A stretch of DNA of 63,290 bases, counting the filler, from Octopus bimaculoides (Eukaryota): the NCBI RefSeq assembly GCF_001194135.2. It is 7 parts of 7 records of this genome, joined end to end, with 100 filler letters (N's around TTAATTAATTAA, not from the genome) between each part and the next. Parts side by side here need not be neighbours in the genome. Positions count along the whole stretch, not along the records: positions 8,825 to 28,781 come from NC_069003.1; 6 more parts are not named here. The stretch is one strand, 5' to 3'. The notes below the pieces were generated by a model. It was given only the letters and a program-made list of their open reading frames with translations. It made no database searches and was not told where the DNA came from. Both the position numbers and the translations under genes were made by a program. Shown piece after piece: positions 12,480 to 24,790 of this stretch (position 1 is its first letter; every line of letters begins with the position of its first letter).

Positions 12480-13024
12480 NNNNNNNNNNNNNNNNNNNNN
12501 NNNNNNNNNNNNNNNNNNNNNNNNNNNNNNNNNNNNNNNNNNNNNNNNNNNNNNNNNNNNNNNNNNNNNNNNNNNNNNNNNNNNNNNNNNNNNNNNNNNN
12601 NNNNNNNNNNNNNNNNNNNNNNNNNNNNNNNNNNNNNNNNNNNNNNNNNNNNNNNNNNNNNNNNNNNNNNNNNNNNNNNNNNNNNNNNNNNNNNNNNNNN
12701 NNNNNNNNNNNNNNNNNNNNNNNNNNNNNNNNNNNNNNNNNNNNNNNNNNNNNNNNNNNNNNNNNNNNNNNNNNNNNNNNNNNNNNNNNNNNNNNNNNNN
12801 NNNNNNNNNNNNNNNNNNNNNNNNNNNNNNNNNNNNNNNNNNNNNNNNNNNNNNNNNNNNNNNNNNNNNNNNNNNNNNNNNNNNNNNNNNNNNNNNNNNN
12901 NNNNNNNNNNNNNNNNNNNNNNNNNNNNNNNNNNNNNNNNNNNNNNNNNNNNNNNNNNNNNNNNNNNNNNNNNNNNNNNNNNNNNNNNNNNNNNNNNNNN
13001 NNNNNNNNNNNNNNNNNNNNNNNN

Positions 13025-13076
13025 TTTGAAAGTGTTTTGCGTAGGATGTGTGCAGTGCCCAGTAGTGCAATTTTCT
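13025..13076 (-). mobile_element. Short 3' fragment of a young R4/Dong-like family
   Basis: Encodes QKIALLGTAHILRKTLS, near-identical to 28882-29187. It is 5'-truncated directly against (AAT/AAC)n. Confidence 0.8.
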
Positions 13077-13089
13077 GATGATGATTATT

Positions 13090-13128
<39 letters not shown>

Positions 13129-13147
13129 GCTGCTGTTGTTGTTGTTC

Positions 13148-13290
13148 TTCAAATTACGTCGAGGTCAACTTTGCTTTTCATCCTTTCGGGGTCGATAAAT
13201 TAAGTACCAGTTGCGTACTGGGGTCGATGTAACCGACTATCTCCCTCCCACCAATTTCGGGCCTTGTGCCAACAGTAGAAAAGATTGTTG
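13148..13290 (+). mobile_element. SINE type C, 3' half
   Basis: actttgcttttcatcctttcggggtcgataaattaagtaccagttg..ggggtcgat..gccttgtgcc. Confidence 0.8.
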
Positions 13291-13468
13291 TTGTTGTTGT
13301 TAAAGCAGCGAGCTGACACTACAAATTTTCAGCAACCATTTTTGCCCTTAGACCCCTTTGATTCCTAATTCTACTTGGGTGAACCCCCCATAGCCATTCA
13401 ACGTTTTAAACAAAAAAATCCTATTTTTATAATTAAATATTATTAGGAATTGTACAAAAGTAATTACT

Positions 13469-13580
13469 CTTACTCTTTACTCTTTACTTGTTTCAATCAT
13501 TTGACTGCGGCCATGCTGGAGCATCGCCTTTAGTCGAGCAAATCGACCCCAGGACTTATTCTTTGTAAGCCTAGTACTAT
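13469..13580 (-). mobile_element. Repeat type E, 3' part
   Basis: Reverse complement of the 9653-9822 family. Confidence 0.8.
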
Positions 13581-13604
13581 TTTTGAACAAATAAATCAAA
13601 ATTT

Positions 13605-15663
13605 TCACTCTCCCGACCATCTTCAGGCATTTCAGAATACATGAATGAAGAACCATATCATATGCCTTCCTATTATCAATCTAAGCCATTGATAGGCTTG
13701 TCAACCTTCAGCACTTCTTAAGATTTGCTTTATCAATCAGCAACTGATCCTTTGTTCCACGTGATCTCTTCCTATAGTCTTTCAGTTTATCTGCCAGCAG
13801 TTCATTTCTTTCAAGATGGTCTTCCCTATTATCCCAATTAGAAGATTCCACATCATAGGTAAACAGGCAATCGGACGATAGTTACTGGCCACGGCACCCT
13901 TGGTTAGGTCCTGAATCAACACTGTTCTTCATTTGACCACCCATTCTGGAACAATTCTTTGATGTACACAGCCTTGTAGGAGTTGTAGTTTAGGATATAA
14001 ATTCGTCAAAACTTTGAACAAAAAACCCAGAACTAAGTCCGGATCGGCTGCCTTCCATTTTCTCATCTTACCAACTCTGACTTGAATATCTTCCAACATG
14101 ATGACAATGGCCTCCCGTATCTCCATGTCCTTGAATTCTTTTCCCACTTCATAGCCCTGTCGTTGCGTTCGACATTCTCTGATCATATCTTTCTCCAAAA
14201 CGAGGTTGTTTCTATGGGATTAAGTAACTCTACTTCTTCCTTATCTTCTCCATCCAGAGTCTTGTAGAACAACTTCTGATTTGTTCTAAACATGATTTTG
14301 TTTAAACTGTAGACATCTTTCCTTGTATCTTTTGATCTTAACTCTACTCGCTTCTTTCTTATCTCTTCCATCCAGAGTCTTATAGAACAGCTTCTAACTT
14401 CTTCTAAACGGATGATTTTGTTTGAACTGTGGGCATCTTTCTTCGTATCTTTTGATCTTAACTCCACTCGCTTTGAGCTTTTGTTTTAACATATCCGATG
14501 TTGAGTACCCTTATCCACTACGTGTTATTTCTTATTCATGCAATTCACTTCTCTTTCATTGAGCCTCACATTTCTTCTTCTTACTTCTTCGATCTTACTT
14601 AAATCCTTCCGCCATGTATTGATGCTTTCTTTCATTCTCCTTTTCCAGAAAGATTCTGTTTCTTTGTACTTTCCTTTCTTTAAACATGTCCATATTCTTT
14701 GTGATGACATAAGCAGTGACATACATGAAAGAATTTAATTCAGTGATATCCTTAATTGAAATCTTCGTGACAACATCATTCGCTTTCCAGAATTCTGATC
14801 TTAGCTTTGCCCTATCACATGACTTCAATGATGGTGACTTTTTCCATTCTTCAAGTAACATTACCTCCATAATTCTGTCGCGGATAGTGGCTAGCTCTGG
14901 GCTAATTTCCTCCGGTGACTTTCTATTTGGATGTACACTTATGTCTTCTATACATTGTAGATGCCCTCCCTACATGTCCTAGCTTTGTAGATTCTCCTGT
15001 TGTATGTGTATTTCTTTTGGACCACTTGTCCCTTGCAGTTTCTTTCTCACTCCCATTATCTTCTCTTGTTCCATTTTCTCTAGCCACAATTTTGTCTTAA
15101 TTTCTCTAATCTGATAAACCAACGCTTCTTCACTCACATCTTTCAGCTCTTCATACTGATAATATGTTTTCTCTAATAACCCTTTCCAATTGCCTCTTTT
15201 CTCTAGTTTATTCCTAATGTAACTTTCAAACAATAGTTTGTTGTTCTCCTTTGTCCATTTTAATCTCCTTCGCTGATGAGGTTCCGTAGCAGCTTGATTA
15301 CGACTGGGAATATGCTGCTGCTCCACAGTACAACAGCCGGACGCGACACCGTCGCTAAAAGCTTCAGCTTCATTGTCACCGTTGGGATTACTTCATATAA
15401 TTGAAGTGTGTGTTTGAAGGTTACCACCAACAAATAATTATATCGTGTTACCCTCACTGAACAAGTTGTTACCCAAAACTTCCGAGAGGCCTGCCTGCCC
15501 TCATTTAAGCTGGTTATCCTGCGTTGGTTTCCATCTCCAGTATTTATCCTCGCAGTACTTTAACACCCATGTAGTTGGCTGGTCGTTGACTCCCTTGAAT
15601 CCGTCCTTTTACAAGGTTTGTTTTACATCCTGCATGGTTCCAATAAAATTCAACCTCCTTACC
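13605..15663 (-). mobile_element. R4/Dong-like element: 5' UTR, N-terminal region and first part of RT; 3'-truncated
   Basis: KWTKENNKLLFESY..SEEALVYQIREI, FWKRRMKESI, FRTNQKLFYKTL, KWKAADPDLVLGF..VPEW, RGTKDQLLIDK and IDNRKAYDMV. The 5' end abuts (AAT/AAC)n at 15664. Confidence 0.85.
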
Positions 15664-15741
15664 ATTATTATTATTATTATTGTTGTTGTTGTGGTTGTGG
15701 TTGTTGCTGCTGTTGTTGTTGTTGTTGTTGTTGTCGTTGTT
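15664..15741. repeat. (ATT)n(GTT)n microsatellite
   Basis: Direct reading of the sequence. Confidence 0.95.
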
Positions 15742-16290
15742 ATTGAGAGAGAGCAGCGCATACCATCAAAGTGACTCAGGGAGTACAAATATACGAAGCC
15801 CATTATACCCATCATGACTACCCGTCTGATAAAGGTACACCAGGCACATGCATCACAACCATATGTGCGCGACATGGTGATCTCATTTGAAGATAAACAG
15901 CGCATGACCTCGCAGGTAGGGCCCAGTTAGAATTTTCTTCAGGTCGAGTAGTCCCATCCCGTTCAAAAGGTCCCTGAATAAGGTTTGTTTAAGAATGTTG
16001 AGCAAAACACCCATGTTTCCAAAGGTGAATTATTCAAACCCCAAAGAATTCCTCTCAACACATGGTTATGATACTCCCCCACTACTTCTGCTCGTGATCA
16101 GAGATGCACATATCGTCAGCCACTAAGGAACATGCTCAACTGGTTAAGGTCAAACAACTGACAAGCAAATCTGTGGTATTGAACAGAATATTTGCTGTCG
16201 CCCATCTTTTATACCAAGACAAAACAATGTACATGATAACACTTCCAATCGATTAAGATGAGAATCCATGAGAGGCACTGCCTGGTATTG

Positions 16291-16291
<1 letters not shown>
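15742..16291. mobile_element. ~550-bp non-coding interspersed repeat (type F) flanked by microsatellite on both sides
   Basis: Aligns end to end with 61392-61930. No TIRs, no tRNA-like head and no credible ORF. Confidence 0.8.

Positions 16292-16362
<71 letters not shown>
16292..16362. repeat. (ATT)n microsatellite
   Basis: Direct reading of the sequence. Confidence 0.95.
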
Positions 16363-16363
<1 letters not shown>

Positions 16364-16826
16364 TACATTTGACGGATAAATAATGTACATAATTCCTCAT
16401 CTCTTAAATGTAGGACTGTATTATTGTTGTTGTTGTTGTTGTTGCTACTGTTGTTGTTATATTGAAGAATCGCTTTGTACTCTTAACATTCGCTTGTAAA
16501 CCGGATGAGTTGTGAAGGAGAGGCACCTGCTGAGGTGCACCTGGAGGTCAGGGTAACCAGGATGTGTGGAGTTTCTCGGTTGCCCCTGGGATGAACTCCC
16601 CCCCCACCTTTTGGGGAATTTATTGTTTAAGTTTATTGTTAATTGTTATTGTTAATTTTACTCCACTAAATCCTACGTGTTAGTTGTGTTGTATTGTCCC
16701 TATGTGTTTTGTGGTCGGCCCTTCCGGTCAATAAAGAAAACATTATTATTATTGTTATTGTTGTTGTTGTTGTTATTATTATTACTAGTATTATGGTTGT
16801 TGTTGTTGTTGTTATATTGAGTTCAA

Positions 16827-16990
16827 ATGTGTTTACGTCCCCATAACTTAGCGGTTCGGCAAAATACCCCGACAGAATAAGTACTAGGCTTACAAAGAAT
16901 AAGTCCTGGGGTCGATTTTCTTCGGCTAAAGGCGGTGCTCCAGCATGGCCGCAGTCAAATGACTGAAACCAATAAAAGAATAAAAGAATG
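16827..16990 (+). mobile_element. Repeat type E
   Basis: Aligns to 9653-9822. Confidence 0.8.
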
Positions 16991-18051
16991 CCATTCACGT
17001 TGACCTGATCGCTGTTAATCTCTAAATGTATCATCTCTGTCCTCTGCTGTCGATGAAATACCAGTCATCTACTGGGGTTAACGCAGCTTTGTGACAATTT
17101 TCTTTAATTAAAAACTAAACGTTGTCCTCTTCACTTTGTCTTCCATCTCTCCTTCTCCTTCTCTCTTTATCTCTCCCCCTCTCTCTCTCTCTCTCTCATT
17201 CATTTGCTTCGTCCTCTTCCTCTCATTCAGTTCTCTCTCTCTCTCCTTCTCTCTCTCTCTCCTTCTCTCTCTCTCTCCTTCTCTCTCTCTCTCNNNNNNN
17301 NNNNNNNNNNNNNNNNNNNNNNNNNNNNNNNNNNNNNNNNNNNNNNNNNNNNNNNNNNNNNNNNNNNNNNNNNNNNNNNNNNNNNNNNNNNNNNNNNNNN
17401 NNNNNNNNNNNNNNNNNNNNNNNNNNNNNNNNNNNNNNNNNNNNNNNNNNNNNNNNNNNNNNNNNNNNNNNNNNNNNNNNNNNNNNNNNNNNNNNNNNNN
17501 NNNNNNNNNNNNNNNNNNNNNNNNNNNNNNNNNNNNNNNNNNNNNNNNNNNNNNNNNNNNNNNNNNNNNNNNNNNNNNNNNNNNNNNNNNNNNNNNNNNN
17601 NNNNNNNNNNNNNNNNNNNNNNNNNNNNNNNNNNNNNNNNNNNNNNNNNNNNNNNNNNNNNNNNNNNNNNNNNNNNNNNNNNNNNNNNNNNNNNNNNNNN
17701 NNNNNNNNNNNNNNNNNNNNNNNNNNNNNNNNNNNNNNNNNNNNNNNNNNNNNNNNNNNNNNNNNNNNNNNNNNNNNNNNNNNNNNNNNNNNNNNNNNNN
17801 NNNNNNNACCTCTCACTCTTTAACCCTAACCCCACTTCCTTCTTCCCTTGTCATTCTACATATATTCTCCTTCTCTTCCTCCCCACCATTTCCACCCCCA
17901 CCTCACAACAACAACAACAACAGCTAAAAAGGCAATTTTAAAACGGTAGGAAATAGAGAAAAAAAAAAACAAACAAGCATCAAAAACAAAAACGAAGCTT
18001 CATAACTGTAGCAGCAGCAGCAGCAGAAGCAGCGGCAGAATCAGCAGTCAC

Positions 18052-18052
18052 A

Positions 18053-18113
<61 letters not shown>
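18052..18113. repeat. (ACT)n microsatellite
   Basis: Direct reading of the sequence. Confidence 0.95.
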
Positions 18114-18114
<1 letters not shown>

Positions 18115-18558
18115 AAACAATGCGAGATAAGAAAGGGAGAAAGATGAATATAAAACCATAGAAAATGGCGAAGAAACAAATTTGTTCGACTCCAACCCAT
18201 CACCACCACGCCCCACCGTCCCTATCATTTTTGTATCTTCAAGCATCTCCCCCTCTCTATATTTCTCCATCTCCCCCATCTCCCTCCATTCTCTTTTCCC
18301 TTCTCCTCTCTCTCTCTCTCTCTCTCAACCGCTCTCATCCTCCTCTCCTCTCCCTCCCACTCGCTTATCTCACTTCCTACCTTACAAACTCACATTTAAA
18401 AGATAATCTCCCCAATCCCACAATTCCACTTCACTTGTTGACTTCGTCGACATTTCTTTTTTTTCTTCTTTTTTTTTTTTTGCGTTTTCACTTTCCAAAG
18501 ATTTATTCATTGGAGTGAATTTTATATTGCTTTTATATAGAAAGTATTATTTCATTTT

Positions 18559-19278
18559 ATACATACGTACATACACACATACATACGTACATACATACAT
18601 ACATACATACATACATACATTCACACTTACATACATACATACATACATACATTCAGACATGCATACATACATTCACACATACATACATACATACATACAT
18701 ACATNNNNNNNNNNNNNNNNNNNNNNNNNNNNNNNNNNNNNNNNNNNNNNNNNNNNNNNNNNNNNNNNNNNNNNNNNNNNNNNNNNNNNNNNNNNNNNNN
18801 NNNNNNNNNNNNNNNNNNNNNNNNNNNNNNNNNNNNNNNNNNNNNNNNNNNNNNNNNNNNNNNNNNNNNNNNNNNNNNNNNNNNNNNNNNNNNNNNNNNN
18901 NNNNNNNNNNNNNNNNNNNNNNNNNNNNNNNNNNNNNNNNNNNNNNNNNNNNNNNNNNNNNNNNNNNNNNNNNNNNNNNNNNNNNNNNNNNNNNNNNNNN
19001 NNNNNNNNNNNNNNNNNNNNNNNNNNNNNNNNNNNNNNNNNNNNNNNNNNNNNNNNNNNNNNNNNNNNNNNNNNNNNNNNNNNNNNNNNNNNNNNNNNNN
19101 NNNNNNNNNNNNNNNNNNNNNNNNNNNNNNNNNNNNNNNNNNNNNNNNNNNNNNNCATATATATATACATACATACACACACGCATACATACATACATAC
19201 ATACACACACATACATACACACATGTATGCATACATACACACACGCATACATACATACATACATATATACATACATAC
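18559..19278. repeat. (ACAT)n microsatellite spanning a gap
   Basis: Direct reading of the sequence. Confidence 0.9.
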
Positions 19279-19737
19279 AACCACGTTTATATATGTTCGT
19301 GTGTAGGTGTGTGTATAAAATGTGTGCATAGGAATGTGCAGATGTGTGTAGGTGTGTGTGTGTGTGCGTATGCGCGCGCGCGCGTATTCCAGAAAAATGA
19401 TGACATATGTGAGCCATGTTATCTTGGTGACGATAAATCTTTACATTTTTGTTTGTCTCCTACAATGAAGATACATTGGTATAGCAGAAACGCAAAGTGT
19501 TACATAAAACATGTTTAAGGGTGTAACAGAAACGCTAAGGTGTTACATTAAACATGTTTAACAGCTTAAAGAATATTTTACTGTGTATTTCGAACAGACG
19601 AGACCAATAAATTAAAGCCTAAACGAATTCAGAGTGCGAATCTTTCAGTTGTACCCACCACACTATACAGGTTAGAACCATTGTACAATATCGAACCAGT
19701 TACACTGTGTAACATGAATTTTGTCCTTGGGTAGCAA

Positions 19738-19815
19738 CTCTTTGCTCTTTTACTCTTTAACTTGCTTCAGTCATTTGACTGTGGCCATGCTGGAGCACCG
19801 CCTTTAGTCGAGTCA
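19738..19815 (-). mobile_element. Repeat type E, tail fragment
   Basis: ttgcttcagtcatttgactgtggccatgctggagcaccgcctttagtcgag. Confidence 0.75.
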
Positions 19816-19989
19816 AAATTAGAAATTATCATCGATTTTATTTTTATTCCTATTTTCCTTCTTATTATTGGTTGATCCAGTTGCCTGTTATTCTAGGGTT
19901 CCTTAGTATTGATACTTGACCAATTTTGCTGGAGTCTGGAGGAGACCAATAAATTAAGCCCTAAACGAATGTTAAAGTGATCGCAACCC

Positions 19990-20290
19990 ATGATTTAGTG
20001 TTTTAGCATGGATCTCTGCTTCAATGGTATCCTAAAATCTGTAACATAAAACTATTTGCTCGCCAGTTAAATTATACTCGTATAGAACCTTCTTTGGATT
20101 TCAGGTCTTTTTAACCTTTGATTCAGCAAATATTCTCACATGGCTATCCGTTGACTATTTTGAAACATTTCATCAAATACAGCGATTTAGGGCAACAAAA
20201 TGACATCAGCTCAGTACGATTTATGATGGAACTCTCATCGAATATTATAATCACTTTTTTTTCAGAAGAGCACAAATCAGCCTTTTTAAC
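19990..20290 (+). mobile_element. Probable Penelope-like RT C-terminal remnant
   Basis: KTICS followed after a frameshift by IQQIFSHGYPLTILKHFIK, resembling the PLE motif ICS..L..F..NGYP..I. Heavily decayed. Confidence 0.4.
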
Positions 20291-20571
20291 CGTAAGGGCA
20301 TGAAATCATGTAATTTGTTTACTTGTACATATCCTTACGAGTACAACACCATGAATAATTTTACATATTAGCAAGTATTGGTCATGCTTCGTCGGGAAAG
20401 GATGGGGATGTCCCGCATAACGAGCGTGTGGCGTTCAGCATCAATATCTCCTCTCTATCATCATTATCATATTTATAGTTTGTGAAATACTCCAAAAGAA
20501 TAAGGAAAGATGCATAGAAAGTGTTCCAGGTTAACAAATGCTGTGTGACCTTACACTAGCAATATTTTCAG

Positions 20572-20715
20572 ATTCCACCATTGTTATGTTCTTTAACGTG
20601 CCAATGGCCATCCTTATTGGTAATCTATCGATATCTTTACAGAAATTGTACTGGTGTACCATTCCAGTTGCAACAGTTACAAATGGAATGGTGCACGCAT
20701 TCTTTAACTGCTGTG
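20572..20715 (+). CDS. Isolated exon-like segment (144 bp, phase 1-1), hydrophobic peptide, unassigned
   Basis: Acceptor aatattttcAG and donor TG|GTATTT. It reads (D)STIVMFFNVPMAILIGNLSISLQKLYWCTIPVATVTNGMVHAFFNCC. No partner exon was found and the antisense frames are also partly open. Confidence 0.2.
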
Positions 20716-21095
20716 GTATTTAGTTCAATAACTGGATTGGTGTCGTTCCGTAGATTTTTACTTTACTTCTACACAACATGGCGGACTAGAATTTTTCAAG
20801 AACAACAGTTACGACGGCCCGGTAGTTATCTTCTGTTCAATTCAGAGCACGCGTGGAAGGAAATTTGAAATTTGAAAAATAGATAATTTTTTTAAAAGAA
20901 TATTGTGAGGTAATTAAGGGGTTCTACAATACACACGTTCTCGTATACCAAGATACATACATTCTCATCGTACTGCAAGAACTAATGGAGAGACAGGAGA
21001 GCCAGAAAGCCATGGAGCATGAGAGGAGGAGAAATTTCAGAAGCATTACAGTGCTTTTGATCATTTCCGGTTCTACATAGACAGGCTTTGCGACC

Positions 21096-21210
21096 CACAT
21101 GCACGCGCACACACATGCACGCGCACACGCATGCACGCGCACACACATGCACGCGCACACACATGCACGCGCACACACATGCACGTGCACACACATGCAC
21201 GCGCACACAC
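21096..21210. repeat. ~16-bp minisatellite (cacacatgcacgcgca)n
   Basis: Direct reading of the sequence. Confidence 0.9.
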
Positions 21211-21505
21211 GAACTTAAAATGTTGATAGGTGTGAGGTTCTTAATGAAATGCTACTAAGTTTCTAGTTTATGAACTTAGGGTGATGTATCTATCTATCTA
21301 TCTNNNNNNNNNNNNNNNNNNNNNNNNNNNNNNNNNNNNNNNNNNNNNNNNNNNNNNNNNNNNNNNNNNNNNNNNNNNNNNNNNNNNNNNNNNNNNNNNN
21401 NNNNNNNNNNNNTATATATATATAAATTTAGTGAATGGAGTAAAACGCATATGTTAACTGAATACTTTTATTTCCAACATATGTTTCGAAGATTACAAAT
21501 TATAC

Positions 21506-21606
21506 CTTCCATAGGAATAGGTGATGTTGTTAAGAATGTAATCTTCTCTTCAGGGAAATGCATGGGAGCCAGCTTAAACGTAAGACATTTTAACCGAATA
21601 TGAGAA
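21506..21606 (-). CDS. Candidate internal coding exon B (101 bp, phase 2-1)
   Basis: Acceptor aaccttctccaactacAG and donor GGAAG|GTATAA. Only one frame is open: SHIRLKCLTFKLAPMHFPEEKITFLTTSPIPME. Its end phase matches the start of exon 6583-6699. Confidence 0.5.
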
Positions 21607-21961
21607 CTGTAGTTGGAGAAGGTTGTTACGTAATTTATATATATATTTACATATATATATACTCGTGTCGGCAAAGGTGCCGACAATTTTATTAATGATT
21701 GAAAATGGCACATCAACACAATGGGGGGAAAGCCATTAATAAATGTCAACAATCTAGTAAATATATGTACATACACAAAACTGAAGCATTTGAAGGATCA
21801 GATACGATTGTAACGTCTCAGTTGAAAATATCACCCCACATAACGTATGTTTGTGTGTGTGTGTGTGTATATATATATTTATACACACACACATTCACAC
21901 GCACGTATGTACATATATAATACATTTATATGCATATATAAATACATATACGCATACATAT

Positions 21962-22010
<49 letters not shown>

Positions 22011-23361
22011 NNNNNNNNNNNNNNNNNNNNNNNNNNNNNNNNNNNNNNNNNNNNNNNNNNNNNNNNNNNNNNNNNNNNNNNNNNNNNNNNNNNNNNNNNN
22101 NNNNNNNNNNNNNNNNNNNNNNNNNNNNNNNNNNNNNNNNNNNNNNNNNNNNNNNNNNNNNNNNNNNNNNNNNNNNNNNNNNNNNNNNNNNNNNNNNNNN
22201 NNNNNNNNNNNNNNNNNNNNNNNNNNNNNNNNNNNNNNNNNNNNNNNNNNNNNNNNNNNNNNNNNNNNNNNNNNNNNNNNNNNNNNNNNNNNNNNNNNNN
22301 NNNNNNNNNNNNNNNNNNNNNNNNNNNNNNNNNNNNNNNNNNNNNNNNNNNNNNNNNNNNNNNNNNNNNNNNTCAGAAGGATTACAGTAGACAAAGCAAA
22401 ACAACACTAAAAGAAGAAAGCAAATTGTAAAAAAGAATATTAATGAACACGCAAGCACATGCAAAAATAAAATGAACAAAATTTTAAAGTTCCAACAGAA
22501 AAATTCAGCTTAATAAAGATACTTAACGATGATTGCCTACACGCTCATAGTATATCAAGCGCAAAATATGAATGAGGAAAGGCTATTCTTCACAAATGTT
22601 TTTCCTTGCAAGAAGAAAGACAGGAAGAAAGAAAGAAAGAATGGAAGGAAGGAAGGAAGGAAGGAAGGAAGGAAGGAAGGAAGAAATACCTTTAATATGG
22701 AACGTTTGTTGAAAGTACCGGAGATTGGCAACATTTTGTCAAAAAAAGAAAACAGAATCAGACACCATCCCACTACGGTCTGCGCAGCGGTAGACGAAAG
22801 AAGTGGGGTTAGTTACATGAGTTTTGTGAAGAGCATAGGGATTTCGTTCGTCGAACCATCCAACGAAAATATGGAAACAGCCCCAGCAGACATTTTGAAT
22901 AAACCGCTCCAGACGAAATGACGATCGGGAAGTAAATGAGATGAGATTTTAAACAACGACCCGACACACTCCTAACAACAAATAAAACTATTGGTACAGA
23001 CAATATACAAAAACAAATATTGTATAAGCAAGAACTAACAACGTCAATAATGATGATGATGATGATGGTGGTGGTGGTATTGGCGGTGGTGGTGTGTCTG
23101 ATGTTTCTAAAAGAGAATTCATGTGAAATCTCGCTTAACAATACCAAGAAAAAGAACAATAACAACAATAGCAACATGTAGATTTCCACACCCACACGTT
23201 TTCTTGAACGTCGCGTCCTGCAAAGAGTTTACGAAGTTTACAGGTTCCTGTTGAAACTGCGTGATAGAGCCTTTCCTCTCCTTCCCCAGGCTTTTCTCCT
23301 CACAAAATCTGGGAATCAGGCTTTTTGTGCCCTGTAAAACAACGAATTAAAACACGTTAAC

Positions 23362-23762
23362 TAATGGCTCAGTGGTTAGAGCGTCGAACTTACGACCGTG
23401 AGGTTTTGAGTGTGAATCCCGGACCGGGCTGCGTGTTGTGTTCTTGAGCAAGACACTGTATTTCACATTGCTCCGGTTCANNNNNNNNNNCCCGGACCGG
23501 GCTGCGTGTTGTGTTCTTGAGCAAGACACTGTATTTCACATTGCTCCGGTTCACTCAGCTGTAGAAATGAGTTGCGACGTCACAGGTGCCAAGCTGTATT
23601 AGCCTTTGCCTTTCCCTTGGATAATATCAGTGGTATAGAGAGGGGAGTCTGGAATGCATGGGCGACAGCTGGCCTTCCATAAACAACCTTGCCCGGACTT
23701 GTGCCTCGGAGGGTAACTTTCTAGGTGCAATTCCACGGTCAGTCATGACCGAAGGAGGTCTC
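23362..23762 (+). mobile_element. tRNA-headed SINE (CORE-like body, tail type B)
   Basis: Same head and body as type A, with tail ..gtgcctcggagggtaactttctaggtgcaat..atgaccgaagg. About 63 bp is duplicated across the 10-N gap. Confidence 0.85.
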
Positions 23763-24285
23763 CGAACTAATGTGTGGAGTTGTGTGTTATTCATTGATAG
23801 AAGTAAAACTTACAGCAGTGTGTATCTGGTTTTCGCGACAGAAGACAGGATCGCGTGACATTAGTCAGACAGAAGTTTACGTGACAAAGTCTAGACTTAT
23901 ACAGCAGTACATAACTCAACGCAAGATGTGGGTGCCAAGTAAGAGCATTAGAGTGTCATTAACCTCTTTGTAAGTGTGGTAATGCTAAGGAACGACTGAT
24001 CGGGTGGGATGTGGTCAATATAGCTTTGTTTGTCCCCGTCATTCATCAAAGCTATTGCAGAAGCGTTCCGTGGCAGTAAAAGCATAACCAGTGAAACCAT
24101 CGATAGAAGACAGGAAGCCGAGTTGCTACATGATGATTAAAGAAAAATCAGTACTTTCTGCCCACAAGATCTACAAGAGTAGAAAGTAAAGCAGCAACAA
24201 TTGAAAGTGTGACAGACAGGGTTTGACAGCGTTAGACAGTGGTAGAGAAGGACAAAGAAGAACGGTAAAGGATTGAGAAAGACCG

Positions 24286-24349
24286 ACAGGGAAAGACAGT
24301 GACAGGGAAAGACAGTGACAGGGAAAGACAGTGACAGGGAAAGACAGTC
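24286..24349. repeat. 16-bp minisatellite (gacagggaaagacagt), ~4 copies
   Basis: Direct reading of the sequence. Confidence 0.9.
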
Positions 24350-24402
24350 ACAAATCCTAGAGCATACTACTATTCTCAGAGCACCACCGTTCGAAGAGTG
24401 GA

Positions 24403-24790
24403 AGCGCAATGGCCCAGTGGTTAGGGCAGCGGACTCGCGCTCATAGGATCGCGGTTTCGATTCCCAGACCGGGCGTTGTGAGTGTTTATTGAGCGAAAAC
24501 ACCTAAAGCTCCACAAGGCTCCGGCAGGGGATGGTGGCGAACCCTACTGTACTCTTTCACCACAACTTTCTCTCACTCTTACTTCCTGTTTCTGTTGTGC
24601 CTGTATTTCAAAGGGCCAGCCTTGTCACACTCTGTGTCACGCTGAATATCCCCGAGAACTACATTAAGGGTACAGGTGTCTGTGGAGTGCTCAGCCACTT
24701 GCACGTTAATTTCACGAGCAGACTGTTCTGTTGATCGGATCAAATGGAACTTTCGACGTCGTAAGCGACGGAGTGCCAACAACAACAACC
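24403..24790 (+). mobile_element. tRNA-headed SINE with a different head/body but tail type A
   Basis: Head GCGCAATGGCCCAGTGGTTAGGGCAGCGG..GGTTTCGATTCCC. From cctgtatttcaaagggcc onward it matches 3252-3570 and ends in (AAC)n. Confidence 0.85.

Noticed and set aside
16230-16291. U1 snRNA-like or HDV-ribozyme-like start of type F
   Set aside because: Only a short word resembles U1, and no P1/P3 pairing or catalytic C after the stem could be fitted.
20961-21064. Signal-peptide-like minus-strand exon MIKSTVMLLKFLLLS..
   Set aside because: It is mostly a CT-rich tract, and its phases do not fit exons B and C or any convincing neighbour.
22700-23300. CpG-richer patch with open frames on both strands
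   Set aside because: No consistent splice sites or phase linking it to the exon chain, and no recognisable product.
23418-23553. 63-bp direct repeat
   Set aside because: The identical copies straddle a 10-N gap, indicating an unmerged contig overlap.
24403-24480. tRNA-like sequences at SINE heads
   Set aside because: They continue into multi-copy SINE bodies and lack complete cloverleafs.
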